Shown here: positions 30,051 to 42,840 of the stretch, one piece after another
How positions within the stretch are numbered: position 1 is the stretch's first letter
Layout of the letters: the number at the start of each line of letters is the position of its first letter
From: Flavobacteriales bacterium
Lineage (GTDB): Bacteria > Bacteroidota > Bacteroidia > Flavobacteriales_C > GCA-002722245
Assembly: GCA_002722245.1 (NCBI GenBank)
Contig: PBLA01000003.1
Span: forward strand, 23,190-87,189
DNA: 64,000 nucleotides
Direction of reading: 5' to 3'
Position numbers and translations under genes: made by a program
The notes under the pieces: generated by a model
Database searches by the model: none
What the model was told of the DNA's origin: nothing
Seen by the model: the letters and a program-made list of their open reading frames with translations, nothing else

Positions 30051-30243
30051 GGGGACTTTGTTTTTCTTAAATGTAATGATTTCTTCTAGAAATTCTCTAA
30101 CGGATTCATAAAGTGATTATGCTTGTCACTATCTTTTTCTTTTTTAATATCTCTCTTTTTGTTAGATCATACATTTTGATTAACAAATAATCTTTAATTT
30201 TAAATGGATTTTTATGTTTTGTGAATTTACGCTCAAAATATAA

Positions 30244-30317
<74 letters not shown>

Positions 30318-30320
30318 CAA

Positions 30321-30357
30321 AAAAACCCAGCATTTATTGCTGGGTTTTTTTGTTTTT
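30321..30357. terminator. Bidirectional rho-independent terminator shared by tRNA-Ala (+) and purF (-)
   Basis: AAAAACCCAGCAtttatTGCTGGGTTTTTTTGTTTTT: a GC-rich hairpin flanked by A-run and T-run. Confidence 0.65.
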
Positions 30358-30367
30358 AATCATCTTT

Positions 30368-32269
<1,902 letters not shown>

Positions 32270-32355
32270 TTCCCAAGTTATGGATTTAATAGCGTAAAAA
32301 TAATGTATTTATCCATTCGAAATACAGGATTTATAAATGTTGAGTTGATTCCTTT

Positions 32356-33756
32356 TCACAACCCTCCAATATAACTCAATAATTCTTCTATTTTCTTTTT
32401 GACCTTTTCTTCGTTAGCATCAGCATCATTCACAACAATGGCAAAAGAGAACTGCTTTCCAGAGGTGTTTTTTAGATACCCTGCATAACTTCTTACTCCT
32501 TGCATTGAACCACTTTTACATGTTATACTACCATTGATTTTTGCATTTTTCATGAAGGATCGAACCGTCCCGGACTCTCCTGCCACAGGAAGTGATTTGG
32601 TAAACGCCTTGATGTCTTTCATCGATAATAAAACTTCTACCAATTGTTTTGCTGAAACAGCATTAAAATGGGACAATCCACTTCCGTCCTTTAGGCGCAT
32701 ACCTGTCACATTGACCCCTAATTTTTCCTTAAGGTATTTCTTTGCCCATTCACCTTGTCCAATTAATGAACCAGAGGCTAAATAACTATTTTGAAGTAAA
32801 TTCTCTGCTAATATATTGACACTTTTGAAGTTCGTTTCTTTTACAATTGCGCGTAAGGGGGCACTCTTTACAACTCCAAATATATTCACCTTTTTTTTCT
32901 TAGGCTGATCCCAGGCACCATAACGTCCTTTCATTAAAATTCCTTCTTTTTCAAGAGCTTTAAATACCATATAAGCCAGTGCCATTTGCGGGTTTTGCAA
33001 AGAAGCTTTCACTTTGAAATTTTTTCGATTTGCAGGAATAGTTCCATGCACTGTCATTCCTCTTCCATAAGGACCTCCAAAGGCATAGGCTTGATCTCTT
33101 TGATCCGTTGATCCTGTTACTCGATTGGTTATTTTAAGCAATGGTAAGTTGGGAGTGGTTTTCACAATCTCCGTAGGTTCATCGGGTGCACCACTTTTAA
33201 ACTCAAGTTCCAAAATATTTTCATTAATAATAGTTCCTGCAGGATTAGCGCCATAATAATTTCCTATGTCTTCCCATATCCATGTGCGAGGTAAGGTTTC
33301 CGCGGTGAGTGTAGGATCAATCACTTTTACCCCTCTTAAGACTTTTAAATTATTTTGCTTGAGCCACGATTTGATGACGTTAATAATCTCATTTAAATTT
33401 CTATTAAACCGTTTGCTTCCGAGCGTTGGATTATAATTCGGATAAATATAAATTTCACCATATAGGCTTCCATCTTTAATGGTTCCTGTATACCCAATTT
33501 GTGTTTCAAATTGATGATCTGAAGGAAAACTATTTAATGCGATTGCAGTACTCAAGAGTTTTTGTGTAGATGCGACAGTAAGTACTTTTTCTGAATTTTC
33601 TTCCATGATATATTTCCCGTCTGTCATGTCATAAACTGCTACACCAACATTTGCAGGTATAAACATATCATCAGACAACCATTCTTTTAAAGAATCTGAT
33701 GGTGTTAATGCACACAATAGTAATGTAAAGGGAAGCAAATACACGATTTTTCTCAT
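32356..33756 (-). CDS. dacB: D-alanyl-D-alanine carboxypeptidase/endopeptidase, PBP4 family (S13)
   Basis: Signal peptide. SxxK ASTQKL, SxN KSVN, KSG motifs. Confidence 0.8.
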   Translation of the reverse strand: MRKIVYLLPFTLLLCALTPSDSLKEWLSDDMFIPANVGVAVYDMTDGKYIMEENSEKVLTVASTQKLLSTAIALNSFPSDHQFETQIGYTGTIKDGSLYGEIYIYPNYNPTLGSKRFNRNLNEIINVIKSWLKQNNLKVLRGVKVIDPTLTAETLPRTWIWEDIGNYYGANPAGTIINENILELEFKSGAPDEPTEIVKTTPNLPLLKITNRVTGSTDQRDQAYAFGGPYGRGMTVHGTIPANRKNFKVKASLQNPQMALAYMVFKALEKEGILMKGRYGAWDQPKKKKVNIFGVVKSAPLRAIVKETNFKSVNILAENLLQNSYLASGSLIGQGEWAKKYLKEKLGVNVTGMRLKDGSGLSHFNAVSAKQLVEVLLSMKDIKAFTKSLPVAGESGTVRSFMKNAKINGSITCKSGSMQGVRSYAGYLKNTSGKQFSFAIVVNDADANEEKVKKKIEELLSYIGGL

Positions 33757-33886
33757 AGTATTGAAGTATGTTTCAAATGCAATACCAAAAACGTAAAATA
33801 ATTCAAGACTTTTTAAAATCGTTGATTTTATTTGCTAAGATCATACCGTGAACAAATTTCTTTTTGAAAAAAATGAATAGTCATTC

Positions 33887-36800
33887 TTATTTGGATATTC
33901 CTAAAATTCTATACTTTATTCTTAGTGATAGGTAAAAACATACAGGAACAATAACCAAGGTAAGAAAAGTAGCAAAGGTTAATCCAAAAATAATCGTCCA
34001 AGCCATTGGTCCCCAAAAGATCACATTGTCTCCACCAATCGTAATATTTGGCTCAAAGGCAGAAAACAATCCGAGAAAATCAATATTTAAACCAATGGCC
34101 AATGGTAATAATCCAAGAACAGTCGTAATTGCAGTGAGCAATACTGGCCTTAACCGTGTCCTACCAGCATCCACAATGGCTTGTATTACAAGTTGTACAG
34201 GCAGTCGGTCTTTTCCTTTTCCTGATAAATCCAATTCCAATTCTTTTCGGTGAATCAATAATTTAGTATAATCTACCAATACAATGGCGTTATTCACTAC
34301 AACTCCTGCAAGAGAAATAATTCCAATCATCATCATGATAATTACGAACTCCATTCCAGCAAAAATAAGCCCTGAAAATACGCCTGTAAAACTTAATAAT
34401 ACAGCCGATAGAATAACAAATGGTGCGGCGATAGAATTAAATTGAGCGACAATGATGATTAAAATCAAAAAAACTGCAATTGCTAAAGCCTTTCCAAGAA
34501 AAGCAAATTCTTTAGATTGCTCTTCTTGTTGTCCGGTAAATTTCCATTTTGTTCCATCTGAAATTTCGTAATTTTCAAGCGCTTCTTTAATCTCAGCAAC
34601 TACTTCGTTCGCATTATACCCTTCTATAATATTCGATTGTAGAGAAATTGTTCGTTTCAAATCAATTCGTTTTACGGCAGAAATGGTAGATGATTTTTTT
34701 ATTTGAGCAATCGATGAGATAGGAACTTGTCTAATTTGACCATTTAACATATCTCTGAATGTTATTCGCTGATTCATTAAATTATCCACATTATTTCGCG
34801 TATACTCATCGAGTCGCAGGGTGATGTCATATTCGTCTTCTCCCTGTTTAAATTTTGATATGTTCTTCCCAAATAGGGCCGTTCGAATTGTCATTCCAAT
34901 TTGTGCCGTGGAAACATTCAACCTACGCGCCTTTTGTTCATCAATATCAATAATCATCTCAGGCTTTCCTGTTTGAATATTCATCTTTAATTCCTCAATA
35001 CCAGGTATATTTCGTGTTTTTATGAATGATAACATTTTTTCAGATTCCGATACCAACAATTCATAATTATCTCCTGCTATTTCAATATTTATTGGTTTTC
35101 CTTGAGGAGGACCAGCAGGATCTTTATCAACCATTACTCTAATTCCAGGGTATCCTGCCACCAACTCCCGAACAGTATTCATAATATCTGAGGTGTATAC
35201 GATCTCTTTGGCTTTTCTCCCGTTTACATGAAGTTTCCGTTCAGCATATTCTTTAAAGGAAACTTGAATTCTCGACTTTTCGGGTGTATTGGCCATGGAG
35301 GGACCTTCAGCAGGATCAGATGTTCCATTCCCTACCTGAGCAATAATGGAGTTCACTATACTTGCGTAACCAGAGTCAATAGTTAAAGTATCTCTTATCC
35401 CTTTTTTATTTGTTCGATATAAGTATCCTGGAACTTGTTCAAAAAACTCAATTACCTTCTGTTCAACAGTGACTGTTTCCCCATTGGTATTGTTAATATC
35501 TGTCCCAATTGATTTCTCTATAAAAATATTCAAATAAGAAGGTTCATTTGAAGGAAAGAATACCACTTTAGGCGGCAGCACGCTAACTAAAATGATCGAA
35601 CCTATAAATAAGCCAAAAACACCAACTAGAAAATACACTGGACGGTACTTTACAAATGCATATCCGAGGAATTTTTTGTATCCATTTTCCAACCTTGGGA
35701 GGAAAGAATACTGAAATTTCAACGTTACAGGACTCACCACCCGTGGATTGATAAAAATAAAAACTCCAACAAAAATGAACATGTTACCAGCACCAACTCC
35801 TCCAGAAAGGGTAATTAAAAGTCCCAATATTAAAATCGCCCACGCCAATCTTTTTACACCTTTATTACTCAGTTTAGCCATTAGAGCAATTAACACAGGA
35901 TTAATCACTAGTGCTACAAATAAAGAGGATCCTAAAACAATGATTAAGGTAATTGGAAGGTACTTCATAAACTCTCCTATAATACCTGGCCACAGAGCTA
36001 ATGGAAGAAAAGCGGCTAGAGTAGTAGCCGTTGATGCAATAATTGGCCATGCCACCTCTCCTGCTCCATATTTAGCGGCTTCAAAAGGTTTATACCCTTC
36101 ATCCATCAAACGATAAATATTCTCAACAATTACAATTCCATTATCTACTAACATTCCCAACGCTAAAACCAATGAAAACAGCACCATGGTATTCAACGTT
36201 ACACCCATAGAATTAAGGATAAAAAACGAAATCAACATAGAAAGAGGAATCGCAATTCCTACAAAGGAAGCATTTCGAAGCCCAAGGAAAAAAAGCAATA
36301 CAGTTACTACAAGAAGGGTTCCGAAGATGATTGAATTTTCAAGTTCTTCCACCTGTGTTTGCGTTTTTCCACTTAAGTCATTTGTAGTTGTTATCGTTAA
36401 ACTCTCAGGAAATTCATTTTTTTGTGCCGATTGAATAATTTCTTTAACCGCATTAGAACACTCAATTAAATTTGAACCTGCTCGCTTCATAACATCAAGC
36501 ATGACAACCGGAGCCCCATATTCTCTTGCGTAGCTTACACGTTCTTTTTCTTCAAATCGAACATCAGCAACATCCTTTAGTCGAACAATATTAAATTTTT
36601 CATTTTTAACAATAATGTTGGAAATATCTCTCCAATCACTAAATTCCCCCACGAGTCGTACATTTCTTCGAATTCCATCAACAACTACATCTCCTCCGGA
36701 TATTGTCATGTTTTCTGAAGTAATCGCATTTTCTATATCATTGAATGTTACTTCCATACTTTCCATCTTATAGAGATGGACATCTACTTTGACTTCTTTT

Positions 36801-37381
36801 TCCTGTATTCCTCGAATATCAACACTTGTTACCTGCGGAATATCCTCAATTCGATCTTCAAGAATTTCCGCATATTCTTTTAACATATCCATGGAAAAAT
36901 CTCCGGATAAATTCACATTTAAGGCCGGAGTTAATTCACTGATGTTTAATTCGAAAACATTTGGATCTGCAGGCAGATCCTTTGGAAAAGCGGGCTCACT
37001 TTTGACTTTATCCACAGCATCCTTCACTTTTCGCAACGCTTGAGTAGGAGTAACAGAAAAATCAAACTTTACATCAATCGTGGAATAACCTTGAACAGAA
37101 GTTGATGTGATCTTATCAATTCCCGATATTGTATTAATTTCTTTTTCAAGAGGCCGAGTAATAAGCTTTTCAATATCCAGTGGAGAATTTCCCGGATAAG
37201 GAGTCCCTACATAAATCTCTGGAATAACAATTTCTGGAAAGGCTTCTCGCGGCATACTATTGTATGAGGTAATACCTGCCAATGCCAAAATAAATGTTAA
37301 AACAATTATCGTAGTTGGATTTTTTAACGATAGCGCAGATAATCCAAACGATTTTAACCCTTTCTTTTTATCTTCTTCCAT
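33887..37381 (-). CDS. Efflux RND transporter permease subunit (AcrB/CzcA family)
   Basis: 1164 aa with 12 TM helices and two large periplasmic loops. Last gene of the tetR-tolC-mfp-rnd operon. Confidence 0.9.
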   Translation of the reverse strand: MEEDKKKGLKSFGLSALSLKNPTTIIVLTFILALAGITSYNSMPREAFPEIVIPEIYVGTPYPGNSPLDIEKLITRPLEKEINTISGIDKITSTSVQGYSTIDVKFDFSVTPTQALRKVKDAVDKVKSEPAFPKDLPADPNVFELNISELTPALNVNLSGDFSMDMLKEYAEILEDRIEDIPQVTSVDIRGIQEKEVKVDVHLYKMESMEVTFNDIENAITSENMTISGGDVVVDGIRRNVRLVGEFSDWRDISNIIVKNEKFNIVRLKDVADVRFEEKERVSYAREYGAPVVMLDVMKRAGSNLIECSNAVKEIIQSAQKNEFPESLTITTTNDLSGKTQTQVEELENSIIFGTLLVVTVLLFFLGLRNASFVGIAIPLSMLISFFILNSMGVTLNTMVLFSLVLALGMLVDNGIVIVENIYRLMDEGYKPFEAAKYGAGEVAWPIIASTATTLAAFLPLALWPGIIGEFMKYLPITLIIVLGSSLFVALVINPVLIALMAKLSNKGVKRLAWAILILGLLITLSGGVGAGNMFIFVGVFIFINPRVVSPVTLKFQYSFLPRLENGYKKFLGYAFVKYRPVYFLVGVFGLFIGSIILVSVLPPKVVFFPSNEPSYLNIFIEKSIGTDINNTNGETVTVEQKVIEFFEQVPGYLYRTNKKGIRDTLTIDSGYASIVNSIIAQVGNGTSDPAEGPSMANTPEKSRIQVSFKEYAERKLHVNGRKAKEIVYTSDIMNTVRELVAGYPGIRVMVDKDPAGPPQGKPINIEIAGDNYELLVSESEKMLSFIKTRNIPGIEELKMNIQTGKPEMIIDIDEQKARRLNVSTAQIGMTIRTALFGKNISKFKQGEDEYDITLRLDEYTRNNVDNLMNQRITFRDMLNGQIRQVPISSIAQIKKSSTISAVKRIDLKRTISLQSNIIEGYNANEVVAEIKEALENYEISDGTKWKFTGQQEEQSKEFAFLGKALAIAVFLILIIIVAQFNSIAAPFVILSAVLLSFTGVFSGLIFAGMEFVIIMMMIGIISLAGVVVNNAIVLVDYTKLLIHRKELELDLSGKGKDRLPVQLVIQAIVDAGRTRLRPVLLTAITTVLGLLPLAIGLNIDFLGLFSAFEPNITIGGDNVIFWGPMAWTIIFGLTFATFLTLVIVPVCFYLSLRIKYRILGISK

Positions 37382-37414
37382 GATTTTAAACCTTAGAAAT
37401 TTGAATGAGTAATT

Positions 37415-38572
37415 CTATTTTAATTGAACAAGGTCACCTTCTTGAACGGATTTAGAACCCTTGTCAATTAAAATTGTAGTAGAGTCTAAACCAGCAATAA
37501 CCTCTACATAATTTTCATACGTGTTGCCAAGCTGTAATTCCAATTTTTTCACCTTCCTTAAATCATCTTCAGTGGCATAGGTATAAACATAATCTTTTCC
37601 ACTTCTGTCCTGTTGAATAATTCGTGACGGGATTACCAAGGCATTATCTGACTTGTAGTCTCTTATTTTTAAAACTGCGAGTTGATTGGGTTTATATTTA
37701 CCATTTGGATTGTTAAATTCCACTTTGACTTTAAACGTTCTGTTTGCGGGATTAATGTAATTTCCAACCCGAGTAACTCTTGCCTTAACTGACTCTCCTA
37801 AGGAAGGGAATTTTACTTCAACATAGCTGTTCTTTTTAACTGATGAAACATACGCCTCAGAAACATCTCCCTCTAAAAACACCCGATTTAAATTCATGAT
37901 TCGTGCTACAGGAAATTGTCCCCCTGCTGGCTCACCAACCTTTGGGTTAATTTGATCAACCATTCCATCAAAAGGCGCTCTAATATTATACATGTCCAAC
38001 TGCTCGTTTAATGTGATTAGTTTTTGTTCAAGCGCTTCTTTATTGTTTTTCGATTCTAGAAATTGTAGTTCAGAACCTATTTTTTGATCCCACAATGTTT
38101 TTTGTTTTTCAAAAACTTTTACTGCCAGTTCTAACCCTTTTTCTAATTCTTTAATGCCCGACTCTAGCTGAGCAGCATCTAACGAAATTAAAATCTGTCC
38201 TTTGCGCACACCATCTCCTTCAGCGATGTGAATTTTCTTTACCATACCTGGTGCCTCAGCAAATAACGCAGCATTCTCAACAACCTCTACATTTCCGTGA
38301 ACTTCAAAAAAATGCTCAAATGTTTTTACTTCAACTTTTTTTACTGTGACAGGAATCTTTTTTACTTCCACAACTGCTTCCTTATTTTGAGGGTGCACAT
38401 TGATTAAAGAATCAAGGGTAGAAAGTTCTTGGTTATATTCCTTTAAGGCCGTTTTATGAGCAAGTTCCAACTCCTTACGTTCACCTATAAGATCTTGCAA
38501 TGATTTTTGTTGCTCTCCACAGGAACCAATTAAAACCGATATTCCTACTGCGATTATTCCAAACTTTTTCAT
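37415..38572 (-). CDS. Efflux RND periplasmic adaptor (membrane fusion protein)
   Basis: Lipoprotein-like N-terminus, coiled-coil hairpin, beta-barrel/MP domains (…RVFLEGDVSEAYVSSVKKNSYVEVKFPSLG…). Confidence 0.85.
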   Translation of the reverse strand: MKKFGIIAVGISVLIGSCGEQQKSLQDLIGERKELELAHKTALKEYNQELSTLDSLINVHPQNKEAVVEVKKIPVTVKKVEVKTFEHFFEVHGNVEVVENAALFAEAPGMVKKIHIAEGDGVRKGQILISLDAAQLESGIKELEKGLELAVKVFEKQKTLWDQKIGSELQFLESKNNKEALEQKLITLNEQLDMYNIRAPFDGMVDQINPKVGEPAGGQFPVARIMNLNRVFLEGDVSEAYVSSVKKNSYVEVKFPSLGESVKARVTRVGNYINPANRTFKVKVEFNNPNGKYKPNQLAVLKIRDYKSDNALVIPSRIIQQDRSGKDYVYTYATEDDLRKVKKLELQLGNTYENYVEVIAGLDSTTILIDKGSKSVQEGDLVQLK

Positions 38573-38591
38573 GAGTAATGGTTTAAATACT

Positions 38592-39920
38592 TTATTGCTT
38601 TTTAAGTTTATCCAATTCCGCCTTAGCGTTCAGTAAATTAAATAATGATTGAATATATTTTCCTTGAGTTTGTAGCACTTGATTTTTCATTTGCGATAAT
38701 TCAAAACTCGACGCTAAACCTTCCTTATGTTTAACCTGAGTCCGCGTATATATTTTATTGGCAATCTTTAAACTTCTTTTTGCATTATCAAAATTGATGC
38801 TTTTCGTACTTAAATTATTTAGAGCATTGGTATATTGGATACTCATAGCCTTCTGAGCATGAATTAGGTTGTTTTCCATTTTAGTCAACTCCAACTTGGC
38901 TTGTTTTATAATTGTAGTTTGTTTACCGCTACTCCATATAGGCATGCTTACCGATAAACCCACATTGTGTTGATCAAACCATGTCGCATCTTTCAACCAA
39001 TCCCAATCAAATTGATAAGCAGTCCCTTGAGCCTGATAAAAACTTGCTATTGTGGGGAGTCGTTGCCATTTATACCGCTTAAGATCGAGTGCCAAAAGGT
39101 CTCTTTGAATCTCCATAACACGTAAATCAGGATTATTCGATTGATCAAACTTTTTAGCCAGTAAAGCCTGTAAATTAATTTGTTCTACGATCGTATTTAA
39201 ACTGTCTGAAAGATTTAGGGTATTATCCAAGTTCATACCCATATTCAGCTTTAACATTTTAAGTGAAACATCTTTGGTTTGCTGAGCGCTTTGAATCGAA
39301 CTTTCAAGATCTGATTTCATCAACTCCAGCTGATCCAGCTCTGTCTCCTCTATAAATCCTTGCTCAACAAGAGCACTTGATTCTGTTATGGATTGGTTCA
39401 ATGCGTTAAAACTACCATTCAACACCTCAAGGTTTTCATCTGCTACTAACACTAAATAATATGATGAAGCCACCATACTTCTTACATCATTATCTGTTTT
39501 TTCCTTTCCAGCTTTTGAAAACTCATGGAATTTTTTTGCAGCCATTAACCCCACTACATAGCTCCCATCAAATAAGAGTTGATTAACTTGGGCACTACCA
39601 CGTGTGATATTGTCCGCTGCGAAAACCGCTATGAAATCCTGACCCGGAGGAATACCTTGGGACAAATCAAAATCAAATTCCAAATCAGCTGCAAATCGAT
39701 AACTTCCGCCAACTTCAACTTGAGGAAGTCCAAGAGCAGTAGTTTCCCAAATTTTGGCTTTAGACTTTTGAATATCTAACCCTGCATTGACCGATTCATA
39801 GTAATGCTCAACTGCGTAATCTTGAGCTTGCTTTAAGGTGAAATCTTGAGCATTTACATTCATACTGAACAATGCTGTTACAACTGCTATTAGATAAAGA
39901 GTGCTTTTACTTAACCGCAT
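38592..39920 (-). CDS. TolC-family outer-membrane efflux protein
   Basis: Signal peptide and duplicated TolC repeat architecture. Confidence 0.85.
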   Translation of the reverse strand: MRLSKSTLYLIAVVTALFSMNVNAQDFTLKQAQDYAVEHYYESVNAGLDIQKSKAKIWETTALGLPQVEVGGSYRFAADLEFDFDLSQGIPPGQDFIAVFAADNITRGSAQVNQLLFDGSYVVGLMAAKKFHEFSKAGKEKTDNDVRSMVASSYYLVLVADENLEVLNGSFNALNQSITESSALVEQGFIEETELDQLELMKSDLESSIQSAQQTKDVSLKMLKLNMGMNLDNTLNLSDSLNTIVEQINLQALLAKKFDQSNNPDLRVMEIQRDLLALDLKRYKWQRLPTIASFYQAQGTAYQFDWDWLKDATWFDQHNVGLSVSMPIWSSGKQTTIIKQAKLELTKMENNLIHAQKAMSIQYTNALNNLSTKSINFDNAKRSLKIANKIYTRTQVKHKEGLASSFELSQMKNQVLQTQGKYIQSLFNLLNAKAELDKLKKQ

Positions 39921-39921
39921 T

Positions 39922-40551
39922 TTATATTTGTTTAAAATCCAACGTGGAAAAAATCTTTTTACCTTTTTCTGAGGTTATGGAATTGATGTGATAAATTAAA
40001 AATTCCAGATAAACATCTACAAAACTAAATCGATCGTTAGGAAATAATTCCCCGTCAAAAATCATATCTACTCGTCTTGTAAAAAACTTTGCCACTATTT
40101 CAGGATGAAATCCCTTGTGGTAATATCCTTCCTTTTGTCCCCTTTTAAGATTTTTAAATACACTTTCAAAAATAAATCCATTAAAATAAATATTTAAGAA
40201 CTCCCAGGCCTCAGGGAAATAATGTTCCATATCATGGTGCAATACCGGATTAATCTTCGAAATTGTATGAATATAATACCTGGACAATTGATAATGCTCC
40301 TCAATTGGGTTCAATTCCCTTTCTTGAATTTCTGTCACATTTCTACGTTCACGCTGGACGTGAAATTGGGTAGATTTCATAACCAACTCCTTCCTGTTTT
40401 TCACATATTTGTATAAGGTTTTTTTCGAAACAGTTAGCTTTTTCGCCATATCATCCATGGTGATCCGTTTCATTCCCTCGTTTAAATACACATCCGTAAC
40501 CCTTTCAATAAGGGATAATTCTTTAGGATCTATCGATTCAATGTTTTGCAT
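39922..40551 (-). CDS. TetR/AcrR-family transcriptional regulator (likely repressor of the downstream efflux operon)
   Basis: HTH region ERVTDVYLNEGMKRITMDDMAKKLTVSKKTLYKYVKNRKEL. I place the start at the internal Met MQNIES (40551), not the extended 40734 start in the track. Confidence 0.75.
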   Translation of the reverse strand: MQNIESIDPKELSLIERVTDVYLNEGMKRITMDDMAKKLTVSKKTLYKYVKNRKELVMKSTQFHVQRERRNVTEIQERELNPIEEHYQLSRYYIHTISKINPVLHHDMEHYFPEAWEFLNIYFNGFIFESVFKNLKRGQKEGYYHKGFHPEIVAKFFTRRVDMIFDGELFPNDRFSFVDVYLEFLIYHINSITSEKGKKIFSTLDFKQI

Positions 40552-40794
40552 ACGACTACAAAAGTAAAATAATTTTATCTCAAAGGAAACATTTTTTGTT
40601 TTTTTTGTTTCTTTTTTAAATTTTAAGCATACCACAAAGCTGATGACCATTTTCGATGAAATGCAAATAAAAGTGTTGAGTGGAGTATTTCTAAGTTTAA
40701 AAGGCATCAAGATTGGGCAAACAAATTTTAACATTGTTAAGAGAGGTTAAGATTACGTTGGAATCCTGAAAATGACTTTATTCTCGTTAATATT

Positions 40795-42759
40795 TTGATT
40801 AAATTTGTGTTTAATATTATGGAGTTTAAGCAAGGTGAATTATTAAGAAGTGTGAACGATCCGCGAGATCTCAAACAACTTCATTCAAAAAGTCTACCGC
40901 AGTACTGCAAAGAACTAAGAGAATACATCATTGAAGTTGTATCGAGAAAGGGAGGTCACTTTGGCGCCAGTTTAGGAGTTGTTGAATTAACTACAGCTCT
41001 CCACTATGTATTTAATACACCAGAAGATCAACTCGTGTGGGATGTTGGTCATCAAGCCTATGGTCATAAAATTATTACCGGTCGTAAGGACGAATTCCCT
41101 TCTCAGCGATTGTATGGAGGTTTAAGCGGGTTTCCAAAGCGATCGGAAAGTAAATATGATACGTTCGGGGTTGGTCATTCCTCCACGTCAATATCCGGCG
41201 CATTAGGAATGAGTGTTGCAAGCAAATATCTCGGCGAAAAAGATAAGCAGCACATAGCTGTAATAGGTGATGGTGCTATGACAGCAGGACTGGCATTTGA
41301 GGCGCTCAATCATGGAGGGGTTGAGAACAGTAACTTACTTATTGTGTTAAATGATAATTGTATGTCAATCGACCCAAATGTTACCGCACTCAATGAATAT
41401 CTTACCGATATCACAACATCTCAAGCGTATAACAAAGTAAAAGACGAATTATGGAACTTATTGGGTCATATCAGTAAGTTTGGCCCTAATGCGCAGGCCA
41501 TTGCCTCTAAAATTCAGGACGCGGTCAAAAGTTCAGTATTAGGTACATCAAACTTATTTGAATCATTCAATTTTAGATATTTTGGTCCTGTTGATGGACA
41601 CGACGTAAAGCATCTCGTAAAAACTTTTAAAGATTTAAAAGAAATTCCAGGGCCTAAAATTCTTCATGTCTTAACTAAAAAAGGAAAAGGATATAAACCT
41701 GCCGAAAGTGGTAATCAAACGCAATGGCATGCACCTGGTATCTTTAATAAAGATACTGGTGAAATTGTAAAAGTTGCTCCCAAAAATCCGGAGCCACCTA
41801 AATATCAAGATGTTTTTGGTCACTCCATTGTAGAGCTTGCCGAGAAAAATGATAAAATCATGGGAATTACCCCTGCAATGCCTACAGGCAGCTCATTGAA
41901 TATCATGATGAAAGCAATGCCCGATCGTTCGTTTGACGTTGGAATTGCAGAGCAACACGCAGTTACTTTCTCTGCGGGTTTATCAACACAAGGACTCGTT
42001 CCCTTTTGTAATATCTACTCCACGTTTATGCAACGTGCATATGATCAAGTTATTCATGATGTAGCACTTCAAAACCTTAATGTAGTTTTCTGTTTAGATC
42101 GTGCTGGATTAGCCGGGGCCGACGGTCCAACACATCATGGAGCATACGATTTAGCCTATATGCGTTGTATCCCTAATATGGTTGTTAGTGCTCCTATGAA
42201 TGAAGAAGAGTTAAGAAATTTAATGTATACGGCTCAACTACCAGATCAAGGTCCATTCTCTATTCGATACCCAAGAGGAAAAGGTGTTATGACAAATTGG
42301 AAAACACCATTTAAAGCGATTAAAATAGGAACTGGAAGAAAAATAAAAAATGGTAATGATATTGCTATACTCTCAATTGGGCATGTTGGAAACTATGCTG
42401 TAGAAGCATGTAATGACTTAAGTCAACTAGGAATTGATGCCGCTCATTACGATATGCGTTTTGCCAAGCCATTAGATTCTATACTTTTACATGAGGTTTT
42501 CGGCAAATTCAAACACATTATAACTGTTGAAGATGGTTGTTTAGTAGGAGGTTTGGGAAGTGCGATTATTGAATTCATGGCGGATCATGGATATTCATCC
42601 CAAGTTAGCCGATTAGGTATTCCTGACAAATACATTGAACATGGAAGTCAATCAGAGTTACACGCCGAATGTAATTATGATAAACATGCTATTGTGAAAA
42701 TGACGAAAAAAGTGCTGAATATTAAAGAGTCATCTAAAACGAAATCACAAACAGCTTAA
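40795..42759 (+). CDS. dxs: 1-deoxy-D-xylulose-5-phosphate synthase
   Basis: GGHFGASLGVVELTTALHYVFNTPEDQLVWDVGHQAYGHKI…; TPP-binding GDGAMTAG. The true start may be the Met at 40819 (MEFKQGELL). Confidence 0.95.
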   Translation: MIKFVFNIMEFKQGELLRSVNDPRDLKQLHSKSLPQYCKELREYIIEVVSRKGGHFGASLGVVELTTALHYVFNTPEDQLVWDVGHQAYGHKIITGRKDEFPSQRLYGGLSGFPKRSESKYDTFGVGHSSTSISGALGMSVASKYLGEKDKQHIAVIGDGAMTAGLAFEALNHGGVENSNLLIVLNDNCMSIDPNVTALNEYLTDITTSQAYNKVKDELWNLLGHISKFGPNAQAIASKIQDAVKSSVLGTSNLFESFNFRYFGPVDGHDVKHLVKTFKDLKEIPGPKILHVLTKKGKGYKPAESGNQTQWHAPGIFNKDTGEIVKVAPKNPEPPKYQDVFGHSIVELAEKNDKIMGITPAMPTGSSLNIMMKAMPDRSFDVGIAEQHAVTFSAGLSTQGLVPFCNIYSTFMQRAYDQVIHDVALQNLNVVFCLDRAGLAGADGPTHHGAYDLAYMRCIPNMVVSAPMNEEELRNLMYTAQLPDQGPFSIRYPRGKGVMTNWKTPFKAIKIGTGRKIKNGNDIAILSIGHVGNYAVEACNDLSQLGIDAAHYDMRFAKPLDSILLHEVFGKFKHIITVEDGCLVGGLGSAIIEFMADHGYSSQVSRLGIPDKYIEHGSQSELHAECNYDKHAIVKMTKKVLNIKESSKTKSQTA

Positions 42760-42840
42760 CATCTCTTTAGAGTAGAAAATTACGCCAAATTTCAACGATT
42801 TGAAACCAATTAAACTTCAACGATACACAATATATTTTGA

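Noticed and set aside
35748-36434. 122-aa and 82-aa + strand ORFs
   Set aside because: Antisense within the RND permease gene, whose own frame has an unambiguous AcrB-like translation.
40735-40794. N-terminal extension of the TetR regulator to 40734 (270 aa)
   Set aside because: The extension (MLKFVCPILMPFKLRNT…) is hydrophobic and junk-like and precedes the canonical TetR HTH. The internal Met at 40551 gives a normal ~209-aa TetR.
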